From contig CBDFMQ010000002.1 of the NCBI GenBank assembly GCA_965249725.1, positions 1,472,001 to 1,536,000 on the forward strand: a DNA stretch of 64,000 nt, given 5' to 3'. Position 1 is the stretch's first letter, and each line of letters opens with the position of its first letter. The notes below the pieces were generated by a model. That model did no database searches. It saw only the letters and a list, made by a program, of their open reading frames with translations, and was not told the DNA's origin. The DNA comes from Longimicrobiales bacterium. GTDB lineage: Bacteria; Gemmatimonadota; Gemmatimonadetes; Longimicrobiales; Gaopeijiaceae. The position numbers and the translations under genes are program-made. Of the stretch, positions 60,415 through 64,000 are shown piece by piece.

Positions 60415-60906
60415 CTAGGGCTGGAGTTGTGCTAGGAAGGTCGCGGAATCGAAGAGGATCCACTCCTCGGCAATCTTTCCGCCCTCGATGCGAAGAATGA
60501 GCATTTCACTGACGTGGACCGTCCGCCCGGTCGCCCCAATTCCCGCGAAGTCTCCGGTGTGCTGCAGCGTGATGTCTACCAATAGGGCGATTCGGTCGCC
60601 TTCCGAAACCGATTCCCGTATGACATGGCGTATGTCGGAGAACCCCGTGAAGAATGGCAGTAGGCTCTCACGGTAGGCTGCGAATTCTATCACCTCCGAC
60701 CCCCCGGCCTCGTGGCTGACGAAGCTAGCGGTCAACCATTGGTCTACCACCTCAAGAGATGGATCGGCATCAAACTCCTCGAAGTATCGCTCGATTAGAG
60801 CCCGGTGTTCCTCCGCATCGCTGTGGGTCGTCTCGTCGGTCTGCGGTTGGCAGGCGGAGAGAATGGCGGCAAGAACAAGGGTCGGACCGACGAAGCCTCG
60901 GGGCAT
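60415..60906 (-). CDS. Cassette 2: SnoaL-like/ester cyclase lipoprotein
   Basis: Lipobox LSAC, FSDIRHVI, EGDRIA, HTGDFAGIGATGR, GGKIAEEW. Confidence 0.88.
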   Translation of the reverse strand: MPRGFVGPTLVLAAILSACQPQTDETTHSDAEEHRALIERYFEEFDADPSLEVVDQWLTASFVSHEAGGSEVIEFAAYRESLLPFFTGFSDIRHVIRESVSEGDRIALLVDITLQHTGDFAGIGATGRTVHVSEMLILRIEGGKIAEEWILFDSATFLAQLQP

Positions 60907-60953
60907 TTGGAATAGTCCCTCCGTAAGAGGTACATCACTTGTGCTCTGCAGCA

Positions 60954-61053
60954 GCCTAACGGACTGCGATTCTGCTGCGCGTCTAAGATGGTGACCGCAA
61001 GCGAAGCGCGCGAGCTAGCTGGCTACCGCGACCGCAGCAATCGCTTGTTAGAG
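60954..61053 (-). repeat. Integron attC site
   Basis: 100 bp, GCCTAAC...GTTAGAG. Confidence 0.92.
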
Positions 61054-61092
61054 CGCACCCCGCGCATTATGCAGACACGAGGCGCTCGTTGA

Positions 61093-61797
61093 TCAAGCGA
61101 ACGATGCGTTCGATGAGCCATTGCGTCGCCTGGAGTCGCCCCCCCCTTGTTCGAGTCGCATCCAACGCTCGGCAAGCATGTCCTCGAAGCTTGGACTGAG
61201 CAGCACGGCGTCCCACTCGGCTCCATGAGGTGAGGGTCCGAACGGAAGGGACCGAACGGATCCATCACGGAGGGTTCCGAAGGAACCGCGCCGGAGCCGG
61301 TCTACCCGTGGGATCCGGCCCTCCAGGAATGGTTGCATCCGTTGCTCCCAGGTGGCCCAAGCCCGCGCGTCGGCAGCCCGAAGCTGGTCCAGAAAGGCGG
61401 GGTAGCTCGCGAGGGCCAGCCGAAGGCTATCCGACTGAATCAGCTGTGTCTCGCCCGAGGAGATCAGATCATCAAGGACGGCTCGCGGGGGATCGAACTC
61501 GATCTGCTGCGACAAGCCGGAAGCCCACAGATACAACGAGTCCAGCGGTGCTCGCTCTGATCCTTGAGCCTGGTTGATGAGCGCCTCGGCCGAGTGGACG
61601 GCGTGCCCCCGCATTGGAGTGGCAGTCTGCTGAAGGGCAACTGTGAACTCCTGACGTAGGGACATCAAGTAGCTTCGCTCCCGATCAAGAGCCTGCGAGC
61701 CATCCCACCAAGCCTCGATACCAAACGCGAGGAGAATCGAGGCAACGATGACGATCCCCTCAACAGCGATTCGGCCCCAAGGGATGTTCTCGTTCAT
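61093..61797 (-). CDS. Cassette 1: uncharacterised membrane-anchored protein (paralog C)
   Basis: WGRIAVEGIVIVASILLAFGIEAWW, LDDLISSGETQLIQSDSLRLALA. Confidence 0.8.
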   Translation of the reverse strand: MNENIPWGRIAVEGIVIVASILLAFGIEAWWDGSQALDRERSYLMSLRQEFTVALQQTATPMRGHAVHSAEALINQAQGSERAPLDSLYLWASGLSQQIEFDPPRAVLDDLISSGETQLIQSDSLRLALASYPAFLDQLRAADARAWATWEQRMQPFLEGRIPRVDRLRRGSFGTLRDGSVRSLPFGPSPHGAEWDAVLLSPSFEDMLAERWMRLEQGGGDSRRRNGSSNASFA

Positions 61798-61819
61798 GCT
61801 ATCGGCCCGTGCGTGTGCG

Positions 61820-61863
61820 CTCTAACTCCTATTGTACTGCACTATTTCGCCCCCATCATCGAT
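61820..61863 (-). other. Probable attI / array-start junction
   Basis: Minus strand ...GTACAATAGGA-GTTAGAGCGCAC: the core GTT matches cassette 1's own flank, but the upstream sequence is not attC. Confidence 0.6.
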
Positions 61864-62560
61864 GGTGTCCCGCTGACAGTTGAAGGTGGTGGCTCCGGAG
61901 AGTCTCCTTGTTAGCCTGCCTTTCTCATTTCGGCAACCGGTTCATGGTCGTCGAGGTGGGCTTTGAGCATCCAGAGCTGGTCGAAGCCGATGATCCTCCG
62001 GTAGCTCTTCTCGGTCTCCACGAACGAGGCCGCGGCCCATCTGAGGGCCATCGCTCCGTTCTTCCAGTTGGTCACCCTGTGGGTCTTCTGTCTTACGCCC
62101 GAGTGGGTGCTGTCGATCAGGTTGGTCGAGCCCAGGCACTTCCTCAGCCGCGGCGGGAGGCCGAGCCGGTTGATCGTGAACATCTCGCTGAGGCCTTCGC
62201 GTAGGCTGGCCGAGGCCGAGGGGTGGTCGCGCTCGAGCCATCGGGCGAGCTGCTCGAGCTTCTGCTCGCCCTGCTTCGCGTCCAGCTTCATCGCCGCCCG
62301 GAACGCCGCCTTCACCTGAGGATGCTGATCCTTCGGCAGATGACCCAGCACGTTGCGGAGCTTGTGGTTGCGGCAGCGCTGGATGGGGTGACGTTGGCCG
62401 AACACCTTCTCGATCGCCTTCCTGAGCGCTTTCGAGCCGTCGATCACGAACAGCCGCCGCCTGCCCGGGTCCAGGCCGCGCTCGACCAGATCCTCTAGGA
62501 GCGCGCTGGTCACCTCGGCGTTCTCACTCGCTCCTTCCCTCACGCCCAGCACGTGCTTGG
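61864..62560 (-). mobile_element. 5'-truncated IS256-family element (transposase C-terminal half 61911 to about 62558, plus right end)
   Basis: KHVLGVREGASEN, FVIDGSKAL..AI..VF, IQRCRNHKLRN, STNLIDS; end TTCAACTGTCAGCGGGACACC. Confidence 0.88.
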
Positions 62561-62812
62561 ATAAGCTCGGGGGAAGGAAGCACGCCCGACCAGGTGGTGG
62601 TGGTTGAGGTCTTCTTCGCACCGGATCGGGTTCGCCGGCGTGAGTCTGTGAGCGTCGATACGTACTATCGCATCCAATACGCACTCCGGCCCCGTGCTGG
62701 CTGCGATACACTTGCTGTTCGTTTCACACCTCCCAACGGGATCACCCATGTAGAGAAGCTCGGCAAATGTGAAGATCACGTCGTGGACTACGTCATCCCC
62801 CCAGGCGAATAG
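62561..62812 (+). pseudogene. 3' remnant of a paralog of 62823..63596
   Basis: VVVEVFFAPDRV..CDTLAVRFTPPNGITH..LGKCEDHVVD..PGE matches the neighbour's C-terminus. Confidence 0.8.
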
Positions 62813-62822
62813 GGGAGGAACC

Positions 62823-63596
62823 ATGTCTGCGACGAGTAAGACTCTGAGCCGTTTGCGGGTTATGCGTCTGTTCCTCGTTGTCATGCCGTCGCTCTGGGCG
62901 TGCAGCACGTGGGAGCCCATCTCTATCGAAACTCTCGGGCCTGAGCCTCACCCGTCTTCTGTCAGAGTCTACAGAGGTCCGCTGTACGAATCCCTCCACG
63001 ATGTGCATGTCTTCGCCGACACGCTTCTGGTCGGCGTCACGCGCACCGGAACGACAGTTTGGGTCGAGAGCATATCCCTCGATCAAGTCACGAACATCGA
63101 GCAATCCAAGGGTGTTGATCTCGGCAAGACCGTCCTTGCCGTTGGCGGCGGCGCGGTGATCGCAGCGGCGGCGGTGACCGTATATCCGGCAGTGGCGGTG
63201 GTCTGCGACGACGACCCCTTCGACTGTGACCGAGCCCCACCCCCTCGGAAGAAGAGTACTGCCGAAACCGTGTGGGACCTCGCTCGCGCAGACTGGGCAC
63301 CCCGTCGGGACACGACCCCACCACCACCGCCTCTGTTCGTGGGCGGCTGGGTCAGCGCGCCCGGTGATAACCCAGATCACAGGGTGATGGTCGAACTCTT
63401 CGACGCACCGGATCGAGTCCTCCACCGTGAGCGTGTTCGAGTCAACGGATCGTATCGTATCAACTACCCTCGCGGCTTGATGCATTGCGAGACCCTGGCT
63501 GTGCGCTTCACGACGCCCGACGGACTCACCCACCTCGGTGAGCTTGGCAGTTGTGGTCAGCATGTCGTTGATCTCGACATCCTCCCCGGCGAGTAG
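62823..63596 (+). CDS. Hypothetical lipoprotein
   Basis: GGAGG RBS, lipobox LWAC, central hydrophobic helix, Pro-rich linker, C-terminal two-Cys beta domain. Confidence 0.7.
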   Translation: MSATSKTLSRLRVMRLFLVVMPSLWACSTWEPISIETLGPEPHPSSVRVYRGPLYESLHDVHVFADTLLVGVTRTGTTVWVESISLDQVTNIEQSKGVDLGKTVLAVGGGAVIAAAAVTVYPAVAVVCDDDPFDCDRAPPPRKKSTAETVWDLARADWAPRRDTTPPPPPLFVGGWVSAPGDNPDHRVMVELFDAPDRVLHRERVRVNGSYRINYPRGLMHCETLAVRFTTPDGLTHLGELGSCGQHVVDLDILPGE

Positions 63597-63734
63597 AGGG
63601 AGACCATGTCTACCACCAGCAACGGCTTCCTGAGCCAGTTCGGTCTCCTGACGATTGTAGCGTCTCCGCTGATCTCCTTGTGGTGGCTGGAGGCGTGCGT
63701 CGACCCTGGTACGACTTCGTATCGCTGCGACTAA

Positions 63735-64000
63735 GCACAGCACCCCTTCTCCGGGACCAGCACCCCGCCCGCTCTCCACGCCAGCGACCGTGGTCATCGC
63801 TGGGGGTTCCCCGCTCGCATCCACCAGCACATGCCCAACCGGCTGCCTGAGCAACTCAAGCCTTAGATCCTGCAGAAACAGCATACGTGCATCATCAGCC
63901 ATCCCTTCCAGCACCTGCACATGTTCGGGTGACACCCGCACCGTTACCTGGAGGAAGAGGTGGTTGTAGTCGGCCTTCTTGAGAGCCACCAGCGTAGAGA
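63735..64000 (-). CDS. Possible hypothetical protein fragment entering from the window end
   Basis: Protein-like stretch ALKKADYNHLFLQVTVRVSPEH..LFLQDLRLELLR that then degrades; boundaries unclear. Confidence 0.3.

Larger units (their letters stand above)
50436..64000. mobile_element. Probable tRNA-Val-integrated genomic island (right end outside the window)
   Basis: tRNA 3' fragment at the edge, adjacent direct repeat, switch from housekeeping to accessory or decayed genes, integron array, IS fragment. Confidence 0.7.

Noticed and set aside
58706..61053. 100-bp repeats as a CRISPR array or REP elements
   Set aside because: Repeats are too long, the spacers are whole genes of about 570-730 bp, there are no cas genes, and the ends follow attC rules.
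62561..62711. N-terminus of the 266-aa transposase ORF
   Set aside because: It is antisense read-through of the truncated lipoprotein remnant; IS256 similarity starts at KHVLG near 62558.
62793..63734. C-terminal part of the 398-aa minus-strand ORF
   Set aside because: It is the antisense shadow of the + strand lipoprotein, which has an RBS, a lipobox and a paralog.
50480..64000. Integron integrase or island integrase
   Set aside because: No ORF with tyrosine-recombinase R..HxxR..Y motifs was recognised in the window.

Overview
GC-rich bacterial DNA; gene content and style suggest Gemmatimonadota, which is an inference. Positions 1 to about 50,400 are core chromosome. They hold alr, mazG, msrP, a 2-hydroxyacid dehydrogenase, asnS, recG, ftsY and a minus-strand dcw cluster (mraZ-rsmH-ftsL-ftsI-murE-murF-mraY-murD-ftsW-murG-murC-ftsQ-ftsA-ftsZ). 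They also hold a TPR protein, two histidine kinases, an ECF sigma/anti-sigma operon with three DUF4097-like genes, glycerophosphodiesterase-glpD and fdhD-mobA-mobB. At 50,436-50,477 an isolated 3' half of tRNA-Val(UAC) marks the probable edge of an integrated island that runs past the window end. The island carries two tandem Ser/Thr kinase-beta-propeller genes (one frameshifted) and an integron cassette array on the minus strand. The array has four near-identical 100-bp attC sites, two decayed attC halves and a probable attI. A truncated IS256 sits where intI would be expected. Cassettes include a Doc-type toxin-antitoxin pair, a SnoaL-like lipoprotein and members of a thrice-repeated uncharacterised membrane-anchored family. 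Several starts were adjusted from the ORF track using RBS and overlap logic; family assignments come from motif recognition, not database searches.
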